The translations under genes and the position numbers were made by a program. The notes beneath the pieces are model-generated. The model was not told the DNA's origin. It was given only the letters and a program-made list of their open reading frames with translations, and made no database searches. A DNA stretch of 62,944 nt, filler included, from Parasitella parasitica NRRL 2501 (lineage: Eukaryota; Fungi; Mucoromycota): NCBI GenBank assembly GCA_025201805.1. It is 11 parts of 11 records of this genome, joined end to end, with 100 filler letters (N's around TTAATTAATTAA, not from the genome) between each part and the next. Parts side by side here need not be neighbours in the genome. Positions count along the whole stretch, not along the records: positions 24,035 to 25,755 come from MU619257.1; positions 25,856 to 27,683 come from MU619601.1; positions 27,784 to 29,617 come from MU619600.1; positions 29,718 to 45,926 come from MU619245.1; 7 more parts are not named here. The stretch is one strand, 5' to 3'. Of this stretch, positions 25,045 through 38,334 are shown piece after piece (the stretch's first letter is position 1; each line of letters begins with the position of its first letter).

Positions 25045-25755
25045 ATGTCTGAAGCTACGTTCAAATCAATCATCTTGGAGAAGAAACGCCAAGTGTTTGA
25101 AAGTCGTAAAGCAAATGCATTTGAAGGTATGAAATAAGTTAGTTATCTTTTACATTGGGATTCATATAGTATACTTTAAAGATGCAATATGTGTTGATTG
25201 TTCAAAAAGTGGTCATTACACAAAAGCTTACTTCAAGTGTAAGTTGTATGTTGCAGACACAGCAAATACTGGTAAATAACTACAAAGCAAAATGTTGAGA
25301 AGTGTCTTTATAATGTAAACATGTTTTCTTTATGTATTTGTAGTTGGCTCAAGTAGCGGTAAAAAGCGAAAGCAAACCTATGAAGATAGAGCACAAAAGC
25401 GGCAAGCCAAAAGACAAAAAGATCAAGTTGAGGGCGATGTTGCTATTTGTTCTAAATGCAAGCAAAGAGGACACAGATCTGCACGTTCTCCCTTGTGCAC
25501 GCAAGGTATCTTGTCAAAAGCACAAGTTATCCGTGCTAATTTGGGGAATAATTACAAAGCATATACCAGGAAGTTGGGGTTTGATAACTGTGTTTCAGAT
25601 ACATACCATACGAAATTGCAATCAAGTGTGATTAAAGCATGCTCAACAGTCAGACATTTGGTTTTTAGAGCTAAACTGTTTGTGAATTATTATGTCTTGG
25701 AGAACCATGCTCTCACTGGTGCACCTAAAGTCATCTTTAGTCAAAACTTCTGGTA
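25045..25755 (+). CDS. Spliced Fanzor1-like gene, N-terminal part with two zinc knuckles (3' end lost in gap)
   Basis: Exons 25045-25126, 25182-25271 and 25344-25755 join in frame; CVDCSKSGH...C and CSKCKQRGH...C; TVRHLVFRAKLFVNYYVL parallels VVRHLSDVTYAASLFLNWFCL in the RuvC-bearing gene at 34-36 kb. Confidence 0.65.
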
Positions 25756-26413
25756 NNNNNNNNNNNNNNNNNNNNNNNNNNNNNNNNNNNNNNNNNNNNT
25801 TAATTAATTAANNNNNNNNNNNNNNNNNNNNNNNNNNNNNNNNNNNNNNNNNNNNTCTCAAATGAACATTTGTATGGTCGTGAGAAGACCATAAATAAAC
25901 TTTTACTCAAAACAGAGATGCGATCTTTGGAATGCAATGTCATAACGAATATTTGGTAGCAAATGTTACTACAAGCACAAAAAACCCGAAATGTCTCAGA
26001 AATAATATTATTTAATTAAAAATGAGCTATCTCGACTTTTTTATAAACGCACAACATTCTGGGGCAAAATCATTCATGTTCTCACAAGCACATAAATGCT
26101 CCCATGACCCTAATAATGTTCCCTTTTGAGCACATTTGTGTTCACCGAGAACATCCAGGAGGCCATAGTGGATATAAGTATCAGTCTATAGCGTCATCCA
26201 TCCTAATGGTGCCATCTTTAGCTTATATCTTGTATAGTATAAATCTGTATTGCACATCTTATTATCTGTGCGCATATGTAGTTTATATCAATTTAAGGTA
26301 ACTGGATGAATCTAGAAGTGGAATGCAGATCATCATGGTGAATGTATTTCACACACTTTATACAAATCATATTTTACATAACATTACGCTGCGCCCTTTG
26401 ACACTGGCACAAC

Positions 26414-26637
26414 ATTCCAGTCTTAAGTTTACCAAGTCCTACCTTTTTACGAATGGCATTTCGAGATGTTTCTCTCAAAACAGAACGTCGAACAGGTACA
26501 GATGACTGCAAATTGGGAAACCACTTACGTTTATAGTCAGAAATCGTTGATTTTTTGACTCCAGAAACGCGATTCATAATTTGTGAATAAGAATAACCAG
26601 ATTGCAATAAATACTTGATATTATTTTGAGTGCCCAT
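26414..26637 (-). pseudogene. Tc1-like transposase N-terminal HTH fragment, cut by an LTR B end
   Basis: LLQSGYSYSQIMNRVSGVKKSTISDYKRK is an HTH-like pattern. Confidence 0.6.
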
Positions 26638-27017
26638 AGGCTAAGAGCGTACCATTTTGTATATTATCAATGGGATGCGAGTTTGATATAAAAAGAAAGA
26701 AAGAAAAGGCCAAAAATAAACTAAAACAGTTTTTATATCTTCGGTACAGATGACTAATTAGTTGTGACTGTTTTGGTAAGAAATTCCATGAGATTCCATG
26801 AGCTTCCATTTACGTTTGAGTACCCTGAAAAATAGTCCGAATGCACACATAAATTTTAGCTCCATATTATTTCGATCTCAGTCGACCAATCAAAATAAAA
26901 CTTTTTTCATCTTATTAATTTTTATTTGCTCTCTTTAATGACGTTAATTTTATGCTGATCAGATAACTTGTTCATAATCTACATCTTGTTTTAGCGAATT
27001 TTGCAAAACATCCGGAC

Positions 27018-27683
27018 TGTGAAATACATTCACTATGATGATCTGCATTCCACTTCTAGATTCATCCAGTTACCTTAAATTGATATAAACTACATATGCG
27101 CACAGATAATAAGATGTGCAATACAGATTTATACTATATAAGATATAAGCTAGAGACGGCACCATTAGGATGGATGACGCTATAGACTGATACTTATATC
27201 TCGACACAAGCCTTAGACATTTACTAGATTTAGTATATGCTACGAGCTTATGCTATATAAGATCTATGCTTCAGATGCGTATCCCCAGTTTCCAGATACG
27301 CACTACAAGACATATACTTATATCCATGATACTAGCTACAGATACATCATGTACTACAGACTTGTACAATATGTGCAATGCTATAGATATGCTTATGATA
27401 TGTTATAGACATGCTACATATACCGATATATGCCAAGATGAATACCAAGTGATATACATTCAGACATGTACTATTAATATAGACTGGATAAGACTATACA
27501 AGGAATGATATACGCTTATTGATCGATATTAATAATCTTCGCATAGAAGATTGATCAGGGTACTACCTCGGGTAAAGTCTATCTCCTCACTCAAATATAT
27601 TTAAGTTATCTTGAGTCTGCTGATATGTAGGTTAGCACAAAGTTAAGATGCTAGTTACGCAGTATTGTCGTACATGTTAAATT
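27018..27683. mobile_element. LTR family C, partial (runs into gap); further fragment at ~26172-26353
   Basis: Reverse-complement match to 57507-58357. Confidence 0.85.
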
Positions 27684-27783
27684 NNNNNNNNNNNNNNNNN
27701 NNNNNNNNNNNNNNNNNNNNNNNNNNNTTAATTAATTAANNNNNNNNNNNNNNNNNNNNNNNNNNNNNNNNNNNNNNNNNNNN

Positions 27784-29300
27784 CACTCTTCATTTCATTC
27801 GCTCCCTTTGTAATAGTGGGACTGATGTCTTTGTCTTTCAAGCATAACCAACACCACACTACCCAACAAATTACTTATCCCAATGTCTGGACATCTAAGT
27901 TTGGTTATAGCCCTCTAAGCCTCAGCTCGTCCCAGAGATCATCAATCCTGATAATGGCCAGTACATTATTCTGTATATGCATTTCACTGGTATTTCGATA
28001 TGACTTGCAATTTATCTGCTCCAGCGCACAGAGTCCCTTGCCGTCAATTCTGCGACAAGTCGGTTAAGCATATTTACGTTTCTTACCAACAACCAACTTA
28101 CAACATTAGACGTCTCTGCTGTATTTCTTCTAGGCGATGTCAACTTTGAGATTCTACGAAGCACGCAAGCTTTATTATTACCATTTGTCTAAACAGCGAT
28201 GAAACGACTCAAATTTGCTTTTCCGTAGAAGCATATCGATGAATTTCTTTGACCTGGCACTCCTGTGGTGGATCACGGTGTATATAGTGGAGCAAGGAGG
28301 ATGGTGAGGTTGCAAGAATCCAGCTAGACGAGGTGAGTTGTTCGATCAATATGACAATATTTTATCTGTGGACTGACAGAAAAACGGACAGAGCCAAGAT
28401 AAAACTGCAGAGCATTTTGTTGTGTGTAGTTGTGGATGATTCAAGCCCAAGCCGTCCTGCGACCGAAAAAATTCTGAAATTCATGAAAGAAAAAATGACA
28501 GCATTTATCGAGCTGAAAAAAGTAAACGGCATTGTTACTACTCAAACTAAAGTACATCCCAAAGAAGATTGCTGTGAATAGGCGGTAGACAACTGCCACG
28601 CACGGCTAAACTGCGTTGTTTGTTCTAATAGCAAACTGATACTAGAAGATTGGGTGACACATAGACATTTACGTATTTAATAAAGGTAAAATTTGATATA
28701 AAAAAACGAGATACTGATACTCAACACTTTACATAGTCATAAAGACAATGATGCAGAGCTTTATTAGTTGAGCCAAAATAGATCAGATGATATACGAAAT
28801 TGTCAAATATATTTACATCAACATCCTGAAAGACATATTTACCACACGAAGATGCTCAGAGCCATTTTGGGAGCAACTAATTCACCCAGCAATAATCCGA
28901 AATGCAACTGGCTGTGAGGCTTTGATCATTTTCTTCAATTCTTGCATTGTCCCCCCGCCCGCCTCGAAATTGTTCACTGAATTTCAAGCTGGTTTCATGC
29001 AAAACCGCTTTATTGGAGATTATAGCCTCACCACCAAATTGATTCTCGAGGATGCTCAAAAGTGGGACCAGCACGGCACTGAATATACTCTCACCTGCTA
29101 TCATGCTCGACCAAATCAAGGCATCCGACAAGTTTTTGAAGAAAGTCGGGTTTTCCCCTATCTCTGCAAATATGTACGGGATCTTGTCTTTTATCTGGTG
29201 AAGCCTCTACCTCTGCTGCCGACGCCAGGCTTTACAATTATTACATCGTGCGTAGATTTGTGATTGCTATTCAACCGGCTATCCCATTTGGTTCACCCTC
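27784..29300 (+). pseudogene. Highly degenerate L1-like LINE ORF2 remnant
   Basis: FQAGFMQNRFIGDYSLTTKLILEDAQ resembles the LINE RT Q-x-GF-x-x-x-R motif. Confidence 0.6.
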
Positions 29301-32075
29301 TTCCAGCGCGAAGCTTTTACAGTACATGATACTCTTTTTTTATTTATTTTTTATTTTTTAAAAGAGTTTTATTTGTTGCACATATGCTCGAGGAAGAGAA
29401 TTCAAGCAAAGCAGTGCTCAACAAGGATTTACAAGATGAATAAAAAAAATAAAAGAAAAAGCATAGCCAGAAGCTAGAAAAAACAAAGAAACAAAACAGC
29501 CCAGCTATGATCTTCCCAAAATTGAGGGTTATAAGGGTAAATTGGATCTCGGAGACAGGCAGTTCCAAGCCAAAGAAATTCTTGAATCAAACTTGGACGG
29601 GCACTCACAAAAAACAGNNNNNNNNNNNNNNNNNNNNNNNNNNNNNNNNNNNNNNNNNNNNTTAATTAATTAANNNNNNNNNNNNNNNNNNNNNNNNNNN
29701 NNNNNNNNNNNNNNNNNTGAAGGTTTATACATGATTTCTAACTTCAGGGCTCTAATAATAACGAGATTTCGTGGCAAGTCAGGATTTAATTTTACTGTCT
29801 CAAATGTAGGGAAATATTCAGTTATTACCTTCTGAATTAGGAAGGTTTTCGACTTTTTTGCATTTTTAATTGAAGGAAATAAAATATTTTTATTTCTAAA
29901 AATATTTTTTTTAGTTATGATACTGTATTGTCAGTGTATGCACTATCGTATTTGTTGTTACTGCTGCTGTTATTAATATTGGGATGAAGCGATCTAACTA
30001 GCATTTGGGTACTGAGATGCTCGTCATTATTTGGTGCTTTTTCATGGCTCTTATGAGTTATTTCCTGTTGCTAGAATTATTTATCTATTCTGTACTCATC
30101 ATACATGCATAAAATCACCTTTTGGCAACCTTCACAAAAATATACATGAGGCATGTTACCATCATTTCCATCATTTCGAAGAGCCTCAACCAAAAGAGTG
30201 GATTCAACAATTTCAAAGTAAACAGTAAAAGCCTTTTGATCCAGAAATCAATAATCCATTGCGTTAGATAAAATCTACATGATACTTACATCAGAATGAT
30301 CACCTATGAACAAGGTTACCTTTAATAAATTCATTCCTAAATTAACGACAAATGTAAAAGCCAGGCATAACAAGGATTTTCGAGCGATGCGTCCAATGAC
30401 CTTGTTTTCATGGCTTATGAGCGATCTCGATAAGTTTATATGAATGAAAAGCCTAGGACATGCATGCGTTGGCTATTTGCACAAAAAAGGTGCCAGATCA
30501 AAATATTCTTACCTTCTTACAAACATGCCACTTAAAAATACATTGGCAAGTGCATCGCCCACAAAATTGAGGATTATTACACCAGCACCCCTTTGTATAG
30601 CCATTTGTTAATTTAACAATGAACCCAATATGTTGCTATTACAAACCATTCAGCCCAACATTGAGAGCCCGATTGAGGTGTTTGGTTCATCATTCTTTGA
30701 GTGATAGAATGGAAAGCCAATTCATAAGGCCAGTCAGCAGCTCGCAATGTGATTAGCAAGACTCCAATAGCTTTGATACACCGAGAATATCTGTCTAATT
30801 CTAATATAATCAACCTCATAAACATGACTATATAAAACAAGATATAAGCTAAAAAAGGAAAAAGGATTGTGTTACATTATAAAACAATAGACGCAAGTAT
30901 TGATGATATTTACTCATGTGCCATAGACTGTAAAGATACAAACATTAGTTTAAACATTAATTTAAGCATACAAGTGTTCTTACGAGACAAGCAATGGAAA
31001 ATAGGCGCATGTTTTGATTTCAAAAAGCGGGATGATACCGTACAAAACTCGATGTATGAAAAAAACTGAAACTTGTGCAAGATTAACGAGATGTCTACAT
31101 GTACATATAATGGCTCTTAGGAAACATGGTAATGGCAATTTGTCTGTAATGTTTACATTTTTCCGTTGGTACGTTGATATTGAGATAGACACACTGTAAA
31201 ATTCCTACAGCAAACGAGTACAGCTATCCACATGCCAATGAGGTTAAAATTATTCACCACGCTGCTTCCATATTCCGTAAGCTGAATCATTGATCGAAAG
31301 TAATAACTCGTATAAATCCAATTAACTATGTTGCAAACTACTACTTCTATATACCATCAACTTATGTTAGCGCGTTGTATAGTCTGTCAACTTAATCGGT
31401 AGCGTTTTATGTTCGATCTCTGAAATTGAGTAAAGATGAAAAATTAAAAATGAAAAATGAAAGGGAGAAAGGGAATAGTGTGTTTATTATTATACCATCT
31501 TATATACTGAGATGGTTCTAAGATGGCGCTCTACATGATAGAGGATATTAAGGTCACACGGTTGGCAAAAGCCTCAGCTTCTCTTGCAAATTATATCATG
31601 TTTACCCCATAGTTTCCGCTTACCTTTTTCATTGCCCTGAGAAAACTGCAATAGGCGGGATAACTTCCTAAATTCCCAGCTTGCCTGGGTAAAATTTACC
31701 ACAAGATCGAAAAAGTCGGACTCTGTAGTCCATATCAATGGTATATAAAGTGAGACATGTTGGTTTTGTGGAGTGAAGCTTTTTTGATTTATCAGTATAT
31801 ACAGTGCAACCTGTAAATTTTGTTCATCTTGAAATAACAAATGGCGATTATTGGAATATAAATCCATTGGAAAAAAATAAATGGTGTTTTCTCAAAATTA
31901 AATGTCGATTCCGGCAAAAATGATTGTCAAAGTCAAAAGCACAAACCACAGCACATTACATATGTCCTCCATAAATAGTTTTTGTTTAGTTTTTTTCTTT
32001 CACATTTGTTTCTTTTTTTGACTGGTTTTCTGAAGACACAATACATGGATAACTATTCCCCTCAGAAAGTACAGA

Positions 32076-32800
32076 TGACGAAAAGTCGAAAGGATACTTC
32101 TACTTCTTGCTCTGAAGAGGAATCCTTTAAAAACAGAAACGGTGAAGATACATGTTAATATCTGATCAAAACGTTACTAATTGAAGCTATGATGGTAGAC
32201 ATATACGAAGAAATTATAACCGATGATTTAGACGATGATTTTCACCCATCTGTAGCCTTTAGAAAAAGAAGTAACTATTATCACATTATATTCATAAGTA
32301 CTGAAGAGTTAAAGCATTTTATACACCCATTACATAGGTAAAAAAAAAGCGGCAATTCTGCAAGAAAGAAGGCCAAAGACGAGATTGGTAGCACAAGCAA
32401 GATCGGCTTTCTTGACACCAATGCTCAAAGTCCAATGATAGTTGAATCAAACAAGACTACGCGACTACGCAACCTGATAGTTTCATGAATGTGCCCACTG
32501 TTACTGCTTCCAAGTCTGACTCTACTGCTACCAAACCTGGTTCGACAACGAAAAGCTTTGATGATAAAACAAGAAAAAAGGTGATGACAGTGAAAACGAC
32601 TATCAAAAATATGTGGAAACCAAAAAAAAATTGCAGCCATTGTATAATCTAGTGAATGCTATTCATACAGTCATCACTCACACATTTGCTTTCCCAAAAT
32701 ACATGTTTTTAAAAGAACTGGCCAAAAACAGCAATTTCAACTTGAATGAATTTGTACGAAAAGAATTCTTTGTGGAACTGAATATTCTTCATTTGTTCGT
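32076..32800 (+). pseudogene. Fanzor1-like N-terminal remnant, truncated and frameshifted
   Basis: TVKTTIKNMWKP...LYNLVNAIHTVITHTFAFPKYMFLKEL parallels VIKTKLEAML...VHRVVRHLSDVTYAASLFLNWFCL of the 34-36 kb gene; no RuvC present. Confidence 0.55.
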
Positions 32801-33204
32801 ATAATTTTTTAAGCCAGATCACAAAAGAGAGAGTGTGTGCACTTGTTTCTCAATGTTGTGGTCACATTATAATAACTATTGTTTCCCATAGTAGGATACA
32901 TGTTTTTGTCTCCTCGATTACATAGATATATGTCATATTATATGGCTTCATTTTTCAAATTTCCAAGAATCAAGTTCAAGTAAATTAAAACAATTGATTA
33001 AACATTTAGAAGAAAAGAAAAAAAATGAGCGAAATATAATGCGAGTCTCAAGTATCTTGTCATGATTTAAATTAAAAGCAAGTGCTGAAAAATTAATTAA
33101 AGATTACATGTGAGTAAAAGAGAAATTCCATGGTTCATTGACATATATAGACTCGTGCATATGATATCGAAGGTACATGATGGTCAATTTGATATTTTCT
33201 CTTA

Positions 33205-36200
33205 CAGTCGACGAAACTAGGTTGGTCATTTTAAAATTGAATTTGGACGTCGCAATGAAAGTGAGACACCAGTATGAAAATGGGACAGCAATATGAAATT
33301 GGGACGCCAGTATGAAAATGGAACAGCAATAAGGACATATTAGTTTTTGGACCAATCAAACTTTTTTTTTTCAATAGGCNNNNNNNNNNNNNNNNNNNNN
33401 NNNNNNNNNNNNNNNNNNNNNNNNNNNNNNNNNNNNNNNNNNNNNNNNNNNNNNNNNNNNNNNNNNNNNNNNNNNNNNNNNNNNNNNNNNNNNNNNNNNN
33501 NNNNNNNNNNNNNNNNNNNNNNNNNNNNNNNNNNNNNNNNNNNNNNNNNNNNNNNNNNNNNNNNNNNNNNNNNNNNNNNNNNNNNNNNNNNNNNNNNNNN
33601 NNNNNNNNNNNNNNNNNNNNNNNNNNNNNNNNNNNNNNNNNNNNNNNNNNNNNNNNNNNNNNNNNNNNNNNNNNNNNNNNNNNNNNNNNNNNNNNNNNNN
33701 NNNNNNNNNNNNNNNNNNNNNNNNNNNNNNNNNNNNNNNNNNNNNNNNNNNNNNNNNNNNNNNNNNNNNNNNNNNNNNNNNNNNNNNNNNNNNNNNNNNN
33801 NNNNNNNNNNNNNNNNNNNNNNNNNNNNNNNNNNNNNNNNNNNNNNNNNNNNNNNNNNNNNNNNNNNNNNNNNNNNNNNNNNNNNNNNNNNNNNNNNNNN
33901 NNNNNNNNNNNNNNNNNNNNNNNNNNNNNNNNNNNNNNNNNNNNNNNNNNNNNNNNNNNNNNNNNNNNNNNNNNNNNNNNNNNNNNNNNNNNNNNNNNNN
34001 NNNNNNNNNNNNNNNNNNNNNNNNNNNNNNNNNNNNNNNNNNNNNNNNNNNNNNNNNNNNNNNNNNNNNNNNNNNNNNNNNNNNNNNNNNNNNNNNNNNN
34101 NNNNNNNNNNNNNNNNNNNNNNNNNNNNNGGCGTGCATCAGCATTGGCTTGATCGTGTTTAGCTCTTTTAATTATAGCAGACTTGAATCCACAAAGTTGA
34201 TAATATTCGCCAGTAGAAGTTTTGCGTATTCTATGTCTTTGCCTATCCTGACCAGCACCAGTACCCACACCATCAGAAGCAACAAAAATATCACGTATCC
34301 CAGGATCCAGTCCCCATATAGTAGCAGTATTCATATCGATTTCGGTTGCAATATCAGCAGGCGTCAAAGCAGCTTCGGCAGCAACAGAAGGTCGGTCACA
34401 GATAAACTCTAGTGCAATACCATCAGTACGAATAGCACCGGTGAATCTCGTGTCTGATAACGCCTTTCCATCAAGGTCGTTTCTTGTGCGAAAACCAATA
34501 CGACTCATATCAAAGAGGCTCCAGCATACATCTTTCATATCTTCATTGGCTGCTACCGGTGGCCATATTCTTGATTGTTTGATTATTCTGTTAATGCCTG
34601 AAAGATTTATTTGAATAAATCGTTGCTGAAGAGCGTATATCGGCAGGATATTAAACAGACGAGCACCACGAGGATCAGTATACTGCTCAGGTCTGAATTC
34701 TTCCCTAGAGATAGAGGCTTTTGTCCTAGCTACAAAGGCATCAATCGCAGTCTTCTCTTGTGGAAGTAAATCATTGTGTCTTTGTCTCTGGATTGGATCA
34801 GCTGCACGGTTATGCCTTTGTGTGTCTTCAAGAAATGAATGGTTATGTATTGCTGGATGGTAGGGTGCTCCAAATTTATCGAATCTTTAACGTGAGTTTC
34901 TAAGGTGCTCCGGAATCGTCTTGGCAGCTTTCTAAAGTCAACAATTTCTGCTAGTTGACGATGAACAAATCCCTTTGTGGCTCTTGTTTGGGGCACTGGC
35001 TCGCGAATAGTAATTTGCTGTTCCATTCTTTCTAAAACATGGTATCCATGGTAAATACAAGTGAGGCTGAGCATAGTAGTCTTCTTCAGTCAGGTTCAAG
35101 CCACGCAATCTTTGACGACACTCTTGAAGAAGATTGTTGATGGAGGTTCTGTGGGCGTCGGTAACTTCCAGGTTAGCAGGATAAGTCATCTCTTGATTGG
35201 TAGTAAGAGCGTTATACACCCGCTCAGCTAAGTCGCGTTTGACACCAGTTCGGAAAGGGAGATTTGGAAATTCAGTTGTGTCAGAAAGCCTCGTAAAGAG
35301 ATAGCGCACCGTTTTTGGCTTAAAATTGGTTCCCACATGATTCTCTACAAGAATCTCGTAGGTACGCATAACTATTGTAATTAACGTGCTGTATTGAATG
35401 TTGGGGAACAGTTGCTGTCTATTGAAATCTTCTCCCATGGCAGTGGCAAATTCTGTAAAAGCTTCACTGATATCAGCATCGGCATTCTTTCCTTGGCCAA
35501 CAAATAAAGCTGCAAAGTTGTACAGTCTTTTGTGAGTTAGTTTGGGTACAGCCTCTCCGTTTCTCAAGAGCCTCAGACAGAACCAGTTCAGAAATAATGA
35601 AGCTGCATAAGTAACATCACTGAGATGACGAACAACGCGATGTACTTCTGTTATAAAGCCAGTTCTTTGGTATTGATTGAAGTCTTCAACCCTTAGCATA
35701 GCTTCCAGTTTCGTTTTGATTACAAACTTTGTTCTCCTAGTTCTTGGACCAACGACTTCAGCCTCTTCTGTTGCAACATTGGGATTTCTTTTAGATTTAG
35801 TAGTGGAAGATTTTTGTCGAGCTTTCCTCTTTACTTCAGAACGCGCTTGTTTTATTTTGACTTTCTCGGATAGGTACACTGGGGTACTAGAGGATTCACT
35901 AGGTGTACTTGGAGTGAGACTGACAGCCTTTTTAAACTCTTGTGACATTCCTGTATTAAACTTAAAAGAGTATTTAGTAAAAACTCAAAGTATAGTTCAT
36001 TTTAGGTATTGGCATACCTGTAGATTGAGTGGAAGCTTGTACAGGAGTAGTAACTGAGGTTGTTGCGCGAGTAGTACGAGGTCGAATAACAATAGGCTCT
36101 TGAAAGTCATCATCTTCTTCGAAATCAGCAATAACAGTGGAACGAGCAATTTGAGGGGTTTGGCGTACGTTGGTAGAAGAACTAGATTCACCGGACTCAG

Positions 36201-37587
36201 CGACACCCTGTCTTTGTAAAGACAATCTTGTTGCTTCTTCGATATCGCGCTGTTCTTTGGCTGTTGTGGAAGGAGGAGGACGGAGAACGATTGGAACTTG
36301 AAAGTCTTCATATTCTTCATCTTCAAAAAAGTCAGCAGGAATACTTGAAGCAACATCCTTGGCTAAAGCAACGTTGGTATTATTAGTTTTATTGGTGTCT
36401 TTTTCAGTATATAAATACTTAGCATACCTTTCTCTTTTCCCTTCTTTTTTCTTGGTTCAGAATCCCCAGCACCTTTGTTTCCAGAAGAATCCAAAAGTAT
36501 ACAGTTAGACTTTAAACTAAATACTTTACCTGGCTTTCTTTTTGGAGGCATTTCAGTACGCTTTGTCTGAACTAATAAAAGATAAAAAAAAAAAATAGAA
36601 CGAGAAGCGTACTAGAGATATCTATTTTTCAACTCTATCATGGCGCCAAGCTTTCAATTGATATATTGATTGTGAAAGTAAAAAACAACCATGTTGTGAA
36701 ACAACTTTTTTGCTTTGTTTGTGTGAGTGAAATAGAGCATTTACTTTCATTATTCAGAGTATGAGGCGACTTTAACTATCCCTCCCTAACCTCTTCTTCA
36801 TTTTCTTATTTTAATTTAGATGCAATTTATCGTAATTGCGGTAATAAAGAAAAAAAAATTGGTTACAGGATCAAAGTTATTCACTCAATATCAATAAATG
36901 ATGGGTATCAGCATAAGTTATAAAGTAGAATTTAGGTTTTCATTTTATAGAATAGGTAGACTCAAAATAAAACAAAAACAATAAGAGAAAAAAAAGCAGT
37001 GAGTTAAATATAAGTGCCTGTGTGAGCTTTTATTAAGTTCCATCTGACTGAATAAATCTTTAGATCCAAGATCATGTCCTTTATATACATCAAACGCTGC
37101 TTATTATATGACTGAACAAATTCATATGAAATTATCAGCTTTTCTGATGCATTATTATCGCACCATTGGCACTTGTACTGAATTATAAGCCTACTATTAC
37201 AGAGTTTAAGCAATGACTCCAACAAAGACCTAATGACCTCATCTTTTCTAGAATTGATAAAAGCCCTGAGTTCTCTGTAGTATCATAGCATAGTATTCTG
37301 ATAGCCTATTTATTACTTTTCATGCTAGATATAATAGGACTATACCCTCTTGTTCACGCATTTGGCCAAAACTAGGCGTGTCTCAATATATTCTACTTTC
37401 ATGTTGATGTATCATTTCCATACTGACGTCTCATTTTTATAATCGTGTCCCAATTTCATACTGGTGTCCCAATTTCATATTGCTGTCCCATTTTCATACT
37501 GGTGTCCCACTTTCATTGCGACGTCCAAATTCAATTTTAAGATGACCCAAATTTTTTCTTAATGGCCCAACCTAGTTTCGTCGACTG
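33205..37587 (-). mobile_element. Tc1/Mariner-type TIR element carrying Fanzor1, no transposase seen
   Basis: Both ends read CAGTCGACGAAACTAGGTTGG inward; TA at 33203-33204 and 37588-37589; ~120-150-bp imperfect TIRs with repeated ~19-bp TATGAAA(A/T)TGGGAC units. Confidence 0.92.
34130..36551 (-). pseudogene. Fanzor1 gene, spliced, about two frameshifts, C-terminus in the N gap
   Basis: Introns 36363-36427 and 35951-36017 keep frame; LFNILPI, IRTDG, RuvC-I IWGLDPGIRDIFVASD and TSTGEYYQLCG; frame breaks near 35040 and 34.7-34.9 kb. Confidence 0.88.
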
Positions 37588-37599
37588 TAAACAGTCAAT

Positions 37600-37770
37600 A
37601 TAAATATGACTAGCCAATTTGATATTTTTAAGCTGAATGGCGAGGTGTTTGGCATTAATAACAGCCAAGTTGTCACTTTCAGAGTGTGAAAAAAGTAAGC
37701 TTCAGAGGCTTCTTGAAGAATCCCAATGCAGAGGATCGAAGAAATGTGTTCTCGAATCTTGACCAATTTC
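37600..37770 (-). pseudogene. Degenerate histone H3 C-terminal fragment
   Basis: IGILQEASEAY followed, after a frameshift, by DNLAVINAKHLAIQLKNIKLA, matching H3 LQEAxEAY...DTNLxAIHAKRVTIxPKDIxLA. Confidence 0.7.
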
Positions 37771-38334
37771 ATAACAAAACGTTAGGTATCAATAAATGTG
37801 TGATAACGACGGGTTTTACAAAAAGAGACAATGCGAGATTTGTACTCTATGAAATCCCTGAACAAAGTCAACTCATTACCATGATTCTAGGTTCACTCTT
37901 GGCTCGAGAAATATTTCCAGAACACGCATCTGGTCATGTTCTACGTTCATTTAAACACCGTAAGCACATCTGCGACAATAGGAATAGCAGTGTATTGTAT
38001 TCATCAAAAGCTCGAATACCAATTAAGCGCACAAAATTCCTATTAGATGTGGAAAGAAATCCGCTTTAATGATAACATTTTTTGGTTTCGAGATATTTAT
38101 CTCGATCTTTTAATAAATGATCGCACAATGATTTAATTGAACCTCAAATTTTATCAGTTTGTGATAATGAACGGTAATATGATTCTTTACCAATCAAGCG
38201 ACTCGTGGTATTATGTTAGATTTCTGTTTTACATTGATTGGGCGACAATCAATTAGTTGAAAACTCTCTTCTTTACTCTGAGGGTTCGCTTTTTTTTTTT
38301 CTTTTTCTATTTCGCGTCAAATACATACAAGAAA

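Noticed and set aside
30250-31400. Possible degenerate transposase
   Set aside because: No identifiable catalytic motif.
33185-33198. 14-bp CAATTTGATATTTT shared by both flanks of the Fanzor element (also ~37615)
   Set aside because: Not adjacent to both termini, AT-rich, could be chance; not a TSD.
33255-33345. CRISPR-like or minisatellite array
   Set aside because: The ~19-bp units are contiguous with no spacers and are mirrored at 37445-37515; they are internal TIR repeats.
33231-34162. Long ORFs spanning N-runs (also 47136-48029)
   Set aside because: Artefacts of translating gaps.
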